Shown here in pieces: positions 6,785-15,394 of a DNA stretch of 38,029 nt. The translations under genes and the position numbers were made by a program. A model generated the notes under the pieces. The model had not been told where the DNA came from. It did no database searches and saw only the letters and a program-made list of their open reading frames with translations. Source of the DNA: a virus (lineage: Duplodnaviria > Caudoviricetes); IMG/VR virus record IMGVR_UViG_3300025114_000010, positions 1 to 38,029 of that record; one strand, given 5' to 3'. How positions within the stretch are numbered: the stretch's first letter is position 1; each line of letters begins with the position of its first letter.

Positions 6785-6917
6785 TTTGACTCGCAGAGTT
6801 TGCGTGCCCCTCGCTGGGGTCGGATCTCTTGCCGGAAACCAGGAACCGTCTTTTGGGGGTCAACCCACCTGCGAGGATCAAGAGCCATCGGGCCAGGTGC
6901 CGGTTCCTACCGGACCC
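6785..6917 (-). ncRNA. candidate structured 5' leader RNA
   Basis: GC-rich tract between the promoter and HH4 with complementary pairs AGGAACCG/CGGUUCCU, CACCUG/CAGGUG, CUCUUG/CAAGAG, CUCGCAG/CUGCGAG and CCCC/GGGG. Confidence 0.45.
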
Positions 6918-6919
6918 TA

Positions 6920-7065
6920 GTATTATCGCTGAAAATGGCACAAAAGAAAAGTGTTTTTTCACTAATTCTTAGATTTTCTTTTTAGCCTTTTCAACGATTT
7001 AACGATTTTCTTCTCTGCCAATTTGAAAAACCTTTCATTTTATATAAAACTGGGGCATAATAGGC
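6920..7065. promoter_or_regulatory. divergent promoter region
   Basis: AT-rich gap between oppositely oriented arms; -10-like GATAAT (minus, 6927-6922) and CATAAT (plus, 7056-7061). Confidence 0.65.
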
Positions 7066-7118
7066 GTGCTGGATCCCCAACAGCACCATACCTTTTGGAT
7101 GGGGAATGAAAGGAGGCC

Positions 7119-7919
7119 ATGATGGCCAAAGCAATCACTAAGAAGAAGTCAACCGCTGTCTCAGTTGCTAATGCGTTTGACGGAGGCAACACAGGCCTCG
7201 AAAATGTAGGGGCCAACGATCTACTGGTTCCTCGCCTCTCGATTCTGCAGGCGCTCTCACCGCAAATCTCCAAGAAGAAGGCTGAGTACATTGAAGGTGC
7301 CCAGATTGGTGACATCTGCGATATTGGCACTGGTGAGGTTTTCAACGATGGCATTTTATTCTTGCCGGTGTTTTACCGCAAGGATTATCTTGAGTGGGCA
7401 CCTCGTGCCAGCGGCCAAGGCTTGGTCAACATCCACTCTGACCCTGCCATCTTGGATCAGACTACCCGCAACGAGAAGAAGCAGCCAATTCTTCCGAATG
7501 GGAATTACATTGCAGAGACTGCTCAGTTCTTCGGACTCAATCTGACAGCCGAAGGACGCAAGTGTTTTCTGCCAATGGCGTCGACCCAGCTCAAGAAGGC
7601 TCGTAAGTGGCTCACACTTGCCACTGGCGAAAAGCTGACGAGGGTCGATGGTTCAACTTATACGCCGAAGCTCTTTTATCGGTGCTACCATCTCACAACC
7701 GCTGAGGAGTCCAACTCTGAAGGCGAATGGGCTGGTTGGAAAATTGACCGTGGCGCCACGCTGCCTGAATTGGAGGCAGAGGGTGTTGTGGCTGATTGGC
7801 AGTCAATCAAATCTGACTGTGAAGGCTTCCTTGAGACTTTGATCAAGGGTAGTGCCAACGCTGATGTTGCGAGCATGCAACCGGCATCATCGACCTCCAA
7901 CAATGAGGAGGATATGTGA
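7119..7919 (+). CDS. phage replication-module protein, probable ssDNA-binding protein
   Basis: AAGGAGG RBS; GLEN...PRLSILQALSPQ and YLEWAPR motifs; acidic C-terminal tail (NNEEDM); first gene of the replication arm. Confidence 0.65.
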   Translation: MMAKAITKKKSTAVSVANAFDGGNTGLENVGANDLLVPRLSILQALSPQISKKKAEYIEGAQIGDICDIGTGEVFNDGILFLPVFYRKDYLEWAPRASGQGLVNIHSDPAILDQTTRNEKKQPILPNGNYIAETAQFFGLNLTAEGRKCFLPMASTQLKKARKWLTLATGEKLTRVDGSTYTPKLFYRCYHLTTAEESNSEGEWAGWKIDRGATLPELEAEGVVADWQSIKSDCEGFLETLIKGSANADVASMQPASSTSNNEEDM

Positions 7920-8488
7920 TGATTGATGTTGTCGATGAATTTGACGTCGGCACAGATGGGGAGGCTTCGGCCTCCCCGGATGCCCTGGCTTCACTTCGCA
8001 AACACATTCAGGAAATGATTGAGATGGAGGAGATCATTGACCAGCTTGAGGGAGATCTAAAGGCTGCTAAGCAATCCTTGCAGGCTTTGCGCACTGGCCG
8101 GTTGCCAGATCTTATGGCAGAGATCCAGAGCGATCACTTCACCCACAATGGCTGGGAGTGCAAGGTCACCAACTTTGTGAACGGCTCGCTGCCTAAAGGA
8201 GAGAAAGAGCGTAAGGCTGCACTTGATTGGCTCAAGGCTCATGATGGTGAAGGTCTGATTCGTACAGAGGTGAAGATGGCGTTTGGCGTCAGCCAGCACG
8301 ACGAAGCAAAAAGCCTCGCTGAGTCCTTGGTTAAAGATGGCCATCCTGTGAATCTGGACCTTGGGGTCAATGCAATGCAGCTGAAGGCTTATGCCAGTGA
8401 GCGCATACGCAATGGTGAAGACATTGATGCCGACACCCTTGGACTTTACACAGGCAAGGTCGTGAAAGCGACAAGGGTGAAGAAATGA
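7916..8488 (+). CDS. hypothetical phage protein with N-terminal coiled coil
   Basis: Translationally coupled; heptad region followed by LPDLMAE and ALDWLKAHDGEGLIR. Confidence 0.75.
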   Translation: MMIDVVDEFDVGTDGEASASPDALASLRKHIQEMIEMEEIIDQLEGDLKAAKQSLQALRTGRLPDLMAEIQSDHFTHNGWECKVTNFVNGSLPKGEKERKAALDWLKAHDGEGLIRTEVKMAFGVSQHDEAKSLAESLVKDGHPVNLDLGVNAMQLKAYASERIRNGEDIDADTLGLYTGKVVKATRVKK

Positions 8489-9390
8489 TTGTGGTTGGTG
8501 CAGGCATGGCTGGCCTTTTGGCTGGTGCTATGCTCAGGGGAGAATGCTCAGAGATTATTGAGCGACAGACAGAAATCCCCAACAACCACTCAGCTGTTCT
8601 GCGGTTCCGGTCCACTGTTGTGGCTGATGTGTTGAACATCCCCTTTAAAGAAGTCAGGGTGATGAAGGCTTCTCACCCATGGCGCAACCCGGTCGCAGAT
8701 GCGATGGCCTACAGCTACAAGAACACAGGGTCGTCGTCTCTGCGATCAATTACCACTGCCACTGGGGAAGTCTCCACAAGATACATTGCCCCTCCCAATC
8801 TGATCCAGCGTATAGCTGATTGTGTTGTGGCACCGATCAAGTTTGGCATGAGTGTTGATAGTGGCTATTTCAAACCATGCAAGCCTGTCATATCAACAAT
8901 ACCAATGCCCATCTTGATGAAGATGCTTGATTGGGACATCAAGGCTGAGTTCAACCACGTCAGTGGTCGCAACATCAAGGCACGAATTGATGACATGAAC
9001 GCCTACTTCAGTCTGTATGTGCCCCAGCCAGAGTTTCCAGGGTCAAGGATATCAGTCACAGGCGACGAGATGATTGTTGAGTGCCCCATCATGGATGAGC
9101 CTAACCCAGCGAGCCTTGAACAGATCATGGCCTTCGCCTCTGGGGTGATCGGGATTGGGGCTGACAGAATAAAAGAAGTGACAGTCCACGAACAACGATA
9201 TGCTAAGATACTTCCTATCGACGACACAGAACGCAAGCGTTTCATTCTTTGGGCGACTGAAGTTTATAACATTTACTCTCTTGGCCGGTTCGCCACATGG
9301 CGTCCTGGCTTACTGATGGATGATGTAGTCAATGATGTTCGCGTCATTCATCGCCTGATCAATGGCGAAACTAACTATTCTCATAAATAA
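8485..9390 (+). CDS. FAD/NAD(P)-binding oxidoreductase-like protein
   Basis: N-terminal VVGAGMAGL dinucleotide-binding motif; VISTIP; C-terminal SLGRFATW...MDDVV, similar to UDP-galactopyranose mutase-like flavoproteins. Confidence 0.85.
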   Translation: MIVVGAGMAGLLAGAMLRGECSEIIERQTEIPNNHSAVLRFRSTVVADVLNIPFKEVRVMKASHPWRNPVADAMAYSYKNTGSSSLRSITTATGEVSTRYIAPPNLIQRIADCVVAPIKFGMSVDSGYFKPCKPVISTIPMPILMKMLDWDIKAEFNHVSGRNIKARIDDMNAYFSLYVPQPEFPGSRISVTGDEMIVECPIMDEPNPASLEQIMAFASGVIGIGADRIKEVTVHEQRYAKILPIDDTERKRFILWATEVYNIYSLGRFATWRPGLLMDDVVNDVRVIHRLINGETNYSHK

Positions 9391-9401
9391 GGATATGAAC
9401 A

Positions 9402-9920
9402 ATGGCTTCAAGAAATTTGACCGACCTAAATGTGCACACGCCTTACAAGCTGTTCGGGCCGCAACCAGCTTATGTCATCGGGGACAAGCTGTTTCTGTTG
9501 ACTTGGTCTGATAGCAAAAAGGGAGGCTGCATGATTCGTGAGGACTCTCTTGCATGGCTGAAGTCTCACCAAGACACCCACCAGTGCTTCATTCAGGCAA
9601 CCAACAAGATCTCTGGGCTGAGGCTTGAGATCCCTTTGAGCGAGCTTCCTGATAGGCCATTCAGAGTTTATGGGGATTGTGATGGCTTCTTCATTTACCG
9701 TGGAGACTTTGAGCAGTTTACTTCTCTTTCTCAAGAGACCCACACACTGATTGTGCCAGAGCCACAGCCTATCAACTCTGTTCACATCACTGAGATATCA
9801 GGTTACGCCAAGAGTACCAATCCGAGCTTCTCAACGTTGTGTGCTGGGGTGGCGAAAAAGGGATTCCTGGGCCCATTCCTCAGAGACTATGCTGGCAACA
9901 TTTACGTGATAGAAAGGTAA
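9402..9920 (+). CDS. hypothetical protein
   Basis: 172-aa ORF with AAGGA RBS filling the gap in the operon. Confidence 0.7.
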   Translation: MASRNLTDLNVHTPYKLFGPQPAYVIGDKLFLLTWSDSKKGGCMIREDSLAWLKSHQDTHQCFIQATNKISGLRLEIPLSELPDRPFRVYGDCDGFFIYRGDFEQFTSLSQETHTLIVPEPQPINSVHITEISGYAKSTNPSFSTLCAGVAKKGFLGPFLRDYAGNIYVIER

Positions 9921-9924
9921 GCCA

Positions 9925-10665
9925 ATGAAAGTATCCCTTATCGATTGCACAGGCATGGGAACTGATGACCCGTCCAATTATGCAGCGTCCATTCTTATTT
10001 TCACCAAGAGCACACGGCTCGAGATGAAGCCTGGATTGCTGACTGAAATCAAAGCATGGCCGTGGAAGAAAAAGGAGGAGGAGTTGACCTACATGGCCAA
10101 TACCATTCCATCCTCCTGGGAGTTCTGCCATTACACGTTCATGATTGAAGGTGTCACCAGAGCGTTCACCCATCAGCTGGTCCGGACGCGCACAGCCTCC
10201 TTTGCCCAGCAAACGATGAGGGTGCTTAATGTTGAAGGGTGGAAATATGGAACAGGCCCGACTGTGGCAGATGACCACCGGCGACAGGGCTATTACGATA
10301 ACGCCATGACTGTCATCGACAAAGCGTATGCGGAGTTGATAAAAATGGGTGCCAAGACTGAGGATGCTCGTGGGATCCTGCCAACGAACATTCACACCAA
10401 TATCGCCATGGGTGCCAACCTTAGAGTGCTGTGTGAGATGATCCGCAAGCGATCATCCCCACGAGTTCAAGGGGAGTATCGTGATTTCATCTCCCTGCTC
10501 AAATCCCAAATCCTTGTGATCCATCCATGGGCTGATATATTCTTTGCCCAGAACTTTGACAAGGCTGCAGATGACCTTTGCTCCCACCTCATTGACGCTA
10601 ATGGGCTGAACGAGAACCAACGCACAGCTATGATCAAGCTGGTTGACCAAATGAGGGCAGGATAA
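9925..10665 (+). CDS. thyX: divergent ThyX-like flavin-dependent thymidylate synthase homolog
   Basis: WEF..YTFMIEGVTRAFTHQLVRTRTASFAQQTMR, EDARGILP, NLR and QGEYR; the canonical RHRxxSxxxxSxR motif is altered. Confidence 0.82.
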   Translation: MKVSLIDCTGMGTDDPSNYAASILIFTKSTRLEMKPGLLTEIKAWPWKKKEEELTYMANTIPSSWEFCHYTFMIEGVTRAFTHQLVRTRTASFAQQTMRVLNVEGWKYGTGPTVADDHRRQGYYDNAMTVIDKAYAELIKMGAKTEDARGILPTNIHTNIAMGANLRVLCEMIRKRSSPRVQGEYRDFISLLKSQILVIHPWADIFFAQNFDKAADDLCSHLIDANGLNENQRTAMIKLVDQMRAG

Positions 10666-10826
10666 TGTTGGGCAAATTCTGTCCAGAGCTGCCATTTGAT
10701 CTGGAAGAATTATTCTGGTTGGGGATGGACAGGATTGAGTGGAAATTCAAGATCGGTACAAATGTGATTATGAGCGTGGTCGAGCGCAACCTTGCCTTGG
10801 TCACCCAGCTAGTGAGGGTGCCATGA
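10665..10826 (+). CDS. hypothetical 53-aa protein (not in ORF track)
   Basis: MLGKFCPELPFDLEELFW...; coupled at both ends (TAATG and ATGA overlaps). Confidence 0.55.
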   Translation: MLGKFCPELPFDLEELFWLGMDRIEWKFKIGTNVIMSVVERNLALVTQLVRVP

Positions 10827-11263
10827 CCTCAATCGTCGTCGATATGGATGGTACGCTGTCCAACTGCAAACACCGCCAGCACCACGCAGAGCAAGGCCAA
10901 TGGGACGAGTTCCACTCTAAGCTGTCAGAGGACAAGACCTACTATGACGTGCAGTGGCTACTTGAACGGTTGCCTGATTCAATCCAGGTCATCGTCTTGA
11001 CTGGCCGCAACGAGACCTATCGCTCAAAGACCTTTGAGTGGCTGAGCGACAAAGGCATATTCGTTGACATGTTGCTGATGAGGCCCGATGGTGACTTCCG
11101 GCCAGATCATGAGCTAAAACCGAAACTGCTGGAGGAGGCGTTTGGTTCAAAAGACCTCGTCATTGACAATGTCATGTTTGTGCTTGATGACCGGGACAAG
11201 GTCGTTGAGGCTTGGCGCAATTATGGTTTGGACTGCTGGCAGGTCCGGCCAGAAGGCTACTGA
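10823..11263 (+). CDS. HAD phosphatase, similar to the T4 PNK (PseT) 3'-phosphatase domain
   Basis: VVDMDGTL, LTGR, MRPDGDFRPDHELK and DDRDKVVEAWR..GLDCWQV; no kinase domain. Confidence 0.88.
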   Translation: MTSIVVDMDGTLSNCKHRQHHAEQGQWDEFHSKLSEDKTYYDVQWLLERLPDSIQVIVLTGRNETYRSKTFEWLSDKGIFVDMLLMRPDGDFRPDHELKPKLLEEAFGSKDLVIDNVMFVLDDRDKVVEAWRNYGLDCWQVRPEGY

Positions 11264-11691
11264 TGCAAAGCAAGACTATGAGCATTGTGGAGATCGTCAG
11301 CAGCAAGTCTGTTGGGTTCACAATGGCCTTGGGCCTGACCTATTGGGTCGTCCCGTCGATATGGGGAGTTGAGGTCGGTGCCGAAAGTGCATTGTTTGTG
11401 ACTGCTCTTTACACAGGTGTGGCTTTAGCAAGGTCATATATTTTCAGGCGGTTGTTCAACTGGCTGTCAATCAGAAACAAGGAGGAGAGAAATGAAGAAG
11501 GTGCCAGAGCTTCTGCACCAGGCAGCAGCCATATTCGAGGATCGCAACAAGTTGTACGGGGACAACTACAAAAGGTTCGGCGGGATAATGCAGCAGCTGT
11601 TCCCAGACGGCCTGACTCTGAGCTCCCCAGAAGACTTCAACCGCATCGGCATTTTTGTTCAGATACTGTCAAAATTTACACGGTATGCTGA
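11263..11691 (+). CDS. small two-TM phage membrane protein with a long overlapping tail
   Basis: MQSKTMSIVE...GF...RSYIFRRLFN pattern with two hydrophobic segments; TGATG coupling; the frame runs 200 nt into the next gene. Confidence 0.6.
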   Translation: MQSKTMSIVEIVSSKSVGFTMALGLTYWVVPSIWGVEVGAESALFVTALYTGVALARSYIFRRLFNWLSIRNKEERNEEGARASAPGSSHIRGSQQVVRGQLQKVRRDNAAAVPRRPDSELPRRLQPHRHFCSDTVKIYTVC

Positions 11692-11836
11692 GCTTTTCTC
11701 TGAGGGTGGTCACTCTGACTCTCTTGATGATGCTGCTGTCTATGCTATGATGCTTCAAGAGCTTGACACCGACAGTGAACCAGAGCTGCCATTTGATGCA
11801 GCACACGAAGTTGACAAAATGAGAGGAAGAATTTGA
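11492..11836 (+). CDS. nucleotide-modification-associated (Nmad1/DUF6378-like, MazG-related helical) protein
   Basis: AAAIFEDRNKLYGDNY...KFTRY...HSDSLDDAAVYAMML; AGGAGG RBS. Confidence 0.7.
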   Translation: MKKVPELLHQAAAIFEDRNKLYGDNYKRFGGIMQQLFPDGLTLSSPEDFNRIGIFVQILSKFTRYAELFSEGGHSDSLDDAAVYAMMLQELDTDSEPELPFDAAHEVDKMRGRI

Positions 11837-11997
11837 TGGCAAAGAAAGAGGAAAAGCCCAAGGGTTATACCATGGTCATAACTGACCCGGATGGTAAAGA
11901 AATGATCCGCAAGTTTGCACCAGCTAAGATTATTGACCAAGCCAATTTCACCAAGGTGCACAAGGTCAAGGCTCTCTTGAATATATTCAGCAAATGA
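11836..11997 (+). CDS. hypothetical 53-aa basic protein (not in ORF track)
   Basis: MAKKEEKPKGYTMVITDPDG...; coupled to both neighbours (TGATG and ATGA). Confidence 0.6.
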   Translation: MAKKEEKPKGYTMVITDPDGKEMIRKFAPAKIIDQANFTKVHKVKALLNIFSK

Positions 11998-12530
11998 CAT
12001 GCACGCTCATTTTCGACACAGAAACCACTGGCCTCATTGACAACTCCCTGATCAGGGAGCAGCACCAGCCTAGGATAATCGAGTTCTTCGGCAATATGAT
12101 CAATGAGAAAGGCAAGGTCATCGAGGAGTTGGAGTTCTTCGTGGACCCTGGCATCCCCATCCCACCGATCATCACCAAGATCACCGGCATCAATGCACAG
12201 ACCTTGAAGGGTGCTAAGCCATTCAACGAACATGCTGATGCAGTCATCAAGTTGATTGGGTCTTCGGATGCTGTGGTGGCTCACAACCTGAGCTATGATC
12301 ATGCCATCATGGAGTTTGAGATGCGGCGGCTGGGTCTTCAGCCAGAGTGGCCTGACACAATGGTGTGCACTGTTGAGGAGACTGAATGGTTCAAGGGTCA
12401 CCGGCTCAAGCTGCAAGACCTTTATGAGTATTTGTTTGGCGAGGTGTTTGAGAATGCCCACAGGGCACGCAACGATGTTGATGCTCTTACCCGGTGCTTC
12501 AATGAGCTCAGGAAGCGAGGGGACATCTGA
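11994..12530 (+). CDS. dnaQ: DEDDh 3'-5' exonuclease (Pol III epsilon-like)
   Basis: FDTETTG, AHNLSYD and AHRARND motifs; directly upstream of dnaE. Confidence 0.92.
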   Translation: MTCTLIFDTETTGLIDNSLIREQHQPRIIEFFGNMINEKGKVIEELEFFVDPGIPIPPIITKITGINAQTLKGAKPFNEHADAVIKLIGSSDAVVAHNLSYDHAIMEFEMRRLGLQPEWPDTMVCTVEETEWFKGHRLKLQDLYEYLFGEVFENAHRARNDVDALTRCFNELRKRGDI

Positions 12531-15394
12531 TGGCACGTATCCGCACAGGCTATTCCTTTCGCAATGCTGTGGGCAAGCTGGACAATGTCATTAAAAGATT
12601 GTCCGAAATACACAACGAGGATGGAATCTACCCAGCTGCACCTATCACCGACAGAGCAAGTGCATTTGGCTGGGTGCGCTGGTCGAAGCTCTGCGAGGAC
12701 CACGACGTAAGGCCTGTGTTCGGGGTTGAGCTGGCTGTGACCAAGTCCATCAATGAGAAGCGACCGGTTGCTGACCACTGGACATTCATAGCTGGCAAGA
12801 GCCTCGTGCCAATCAATCAGCTCATAGAGCTAGCCACGCAGCAATTCCGGTATCAGCCATTGCTGACCTATGAGCAAGCCTTGGCCAGTGGTGTAACAGT
12901 TATCGTCGGGCACCGTTCAGACCTGGACTCTGTTCCTCTTGGCAAGGACATATACATCGGCCTGGGCCCAGCCACCAGCAAGGGTTACATCGCCAAGGCT
13001 CTGAAGTTGAAGCATCAGCTGATTGCTGTGAGCGATAACAAGTATCCTTGGGCAAATGACCAAGGATTTTACGAGGTGGTGTGCGGCCGGAATGCCAGCA
13101 CCCAATCGTACCCTCAGCACATATTATCGGACAAAGAGTGGAAGAAGGCAGTGTCTAAGGCTGTGCTCAGCCCTAAAACCCTACGCCAAGCGATGCTGAA
13201 CACAAAGTCTGTTTTAAATAAATCTGTGGCAAAACTTGAGCAAGCTCATTTACTAATTCCGGAGAAGCCAAAGGCTTTACTGACGATGTGCCTTGAAGGT
13301 GCAGAGAAGTATGGCATTGATTTGAGCGATCCAATTTACAAAGAGCGCATGGATTATGAGCTTGGGCTGATAGCTGAGAAGCAATACGAGGATTATTTTT
13401 ACATCGTCGCTGACATCTGCGAGTTCGCTCGCAGCAGGATGATTGTTGGACCGGCTCGTGGTTCGTCGTGCGGAAGCCTTGTGTGCTACATGCTTGGCAT
13501 TACAACCATTGACCCAATCCCCTATGGCCTTATCTTTGAACGGTTCATTGACATCAACAGGGATGACTTGCCAGACATTGACATCGACTTCTCTGATCAG
13601 CAGAGGCAGCTGGTCTTTGATTACATCAAAGACAAGTATGGCAAGGAGCGATGCGCTCGGCTCGGCACAGTGGCCATGTACAAGTTCAAAAGTGCACTGG
13701 GTGAAAGCGGTGCTGCCCTTCACGTCCCCCGGTGGAAGTGCGATGCTGTGAGCGAGTCAATGATCGTGCGGTCATCAGGCGACTCACGTGCACTGAACAC
13801 CCTCGAGGATACGATGAAGACTATGCCGGCTGGCATTGAGCTGCTGGAGGAATTCCCTGAGATGATGGTGGCCACCAAGATGGAGGGTCACCCACGGCAT
13901 TACTCCCAGCATGCGGCTGGAATCTGCATCGCTCAGAACCCCATCACAGACACCATCCCCATTGACCACCGCTCTGGCGCCACCATGTGCGACAAAAAGG
14001 ATGCTGAGGATTTGAACCTGCTCAAGATTGATGCATTGGGCCTGACCCAGCTGAGTGTGTTTGAAGATTGCCTTGAGCTGGCAGGATTGACCAGAGACGA
14101 GCTGGGTGATATCCCACTTGACGACAAGGCTGCATTTGATGTCTTGAATGATTCACATTTTGCTGGCATCTTTCAATTCAATGGGATGGCCCTGCAATCC
14201 ATAATCAAGCAGTTCAAGGTGAAGTGTTTCGACGACATCGTCTGTGTCACTGCGTTGGGTCGGCCAGGTCCACTAGCCTCTGGCGGTGCCCATGAATGGA
14301 TCAGGCGCAAGAATGGCATCAACCCAATCACCTACCCTCATGAGATATTTGAGCCTTACCTGAAGGACACCATGGGCATCGTCCTGTTTCAGGAGCAGGT
14401 GATGCAGATTGGTAAGGAGATTGGTGGCCTTGATTGGGAAACAGTCAGCACACTCCGCAAGGCGATGAGCAAGTCACTGGGCAAGGAATACTTTGACCAG
14501 TTCGGTGACCCTTGGAAAAAGGGTGCACTGGCCAAGGGTGTTGACCCCAAGGCAGCCGACAAGATCTGGGATGACCTGTGTGCGTATGGTTCATGGTCAT
14601 TCAACAAGAGCCACTCTGTGGCCTATGGCATGATCAGTTATCAATGCTGTTGGCTCAAGGCACATCACCCATTTGAGTTTGCAGCTGCCACTCTCAGCCA
14701 TGAAAATGACCCTGGGAGGCAGATCCAGTTGCTCAGGGAGATGCATGCAGAAGGCTACAGCTATGTGCCAATTGACCCAGAGAACTCTGGCCGGAAATGG
14801 TCGATCGGAGACAGGGACGGAAAAAAGGTTCTTGTGGGCCCATTGAACAACGTCAAGGGCATAGGCCCGAAGCTGGTGGCCAACATCACAGCTGCCCGTA
14901 GCCGTGGTGAGCCAATGCCTGACCGTGCACGCAAGCTGATGGAGAATGCCGTCACTCCGATTGATTCTCTGTGGCCGATACGTGATGGGTTCAGGAAGCT
15001 GCTGCCTGAACCTGCTGAGAGAAACATATACACACCACCCACCAACATTGAAGATGTGCAGATTGAGGCAGATGATTACGAGACCCTTGTGTTCTGCACA
15101 CTGAGCAAGATCAATCCACGTGACGAGAACGAAGTGGTGATCGTGGCAAGGCGAGGCTATGAGGTCAAGGATGGCTTGACCACCTCACTGAATTTGCAGT
15201 TGACAGATGACACAGACACTGTCTTCGGAAAGATTGACCGCTGGAAATTTCCTAAGATGGGCAAAGAGATTATTGATCGTGGTCGTGTGGGCAAAGCTCT
15301 GTACGCTATTAAAGGCAGGGTGCGTGGCGGTGGCTCATTCCGCATGATCATGATCAAAGGCATCAGATACATAGGAGACTTGGATGAAAATTAA
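12530..15394 (+). CDS. dnaE: DNA polymerase III alpha-like (family C) polymerase
   Basis: GPARGSSCGSLVCY, FERF, PDIDIDF, HAAG, KIDALGL, FNKSHSVAY and VKGIG motifs; degenerate N-terminal PHP domain. Confidence 0.96.
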   Translation: MARIRTGYSFRNAVGKLDNVIKRLSEIHNEDGIYPAAPITDRASAFGWVRWSKLCEDHDVRPVFGVELAVTKSINEKRPVADHWTFIAGKSLVPINQLIELATQQFRYQPLLTYEQALASGVTVIVGHRSDLDSVPLGKDIYIGLGPATSKGYIAKALKLKHQLIAVSDNKYPWANDQGFYEVVCGRNASTQSYPQHILSDKEWKKAVSKAVLSPKTLRQAMLNTKSVLNKSVAKLEQAHLLIPEKPKALLTMCLEGAEKYGIDLSDPIYKERMDYELGLIAEKQYEDYFYIVADICEFARSRMIVGPARGSSCGSLVCYMLGITTIDPIPYGLIFERFIDINRDDLPDIDIDFSDQQRQLVFDYIKDKYGKERCARLGTVAMYKFKSALGESGAALHVPRWKCDAVSESMIVRSSGDSRALNTLEDTMKTMPAGIELLEEFPEMMVATKMEGHPRHYSQHAAGICIAQNPITDTIPIDHRSGATMCDKKDAEDLNLLKIDALGLTQLSVFEDCLELAGLTRDELGDIPLDDKAAFDVLNDSHFAGIFQFNGMALQSIIKQFKVKCFDDIVCVTALGRPGPLASGGAHEWIRRKNGINPITYPHEIFEPYLKDTMGIVLFQEQVMQIGKEIGGLDWETVSTLRKAMSKSLGKEYFDQFGDPWKKGALAKGVDPKAADKIWDDLCAYGSWSFNKSHSVAYGMISYQCCWLKAHHPFEFAAATLSHENDPGRQIQLLREMHAEGYSYVPIDPENSGRKWSIGDRDGKKVLVGPLNNVKGIGPKLVANITAARSRGEPMPDRARKLMENAVTPIDSLWPIRDGFRKLLPEPAERNIYTPPTNIEDVQIEADDYETLVFCTLSKINPRDENEVVIVARRGYEVKDGLTTSLNLQLTDDTDTVFGKIDRWKFPKMGKEIIDRGRVGKALYAIKGRVRGGGSFRMIMIKGIRYIGDLDEN

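Noticed and set aside
6670-6985. Short ORFs on both strands over HH4 and the leader
   Set aside because: No RBS, and they overlap the ribozyme and promoter; better explained as non-coding
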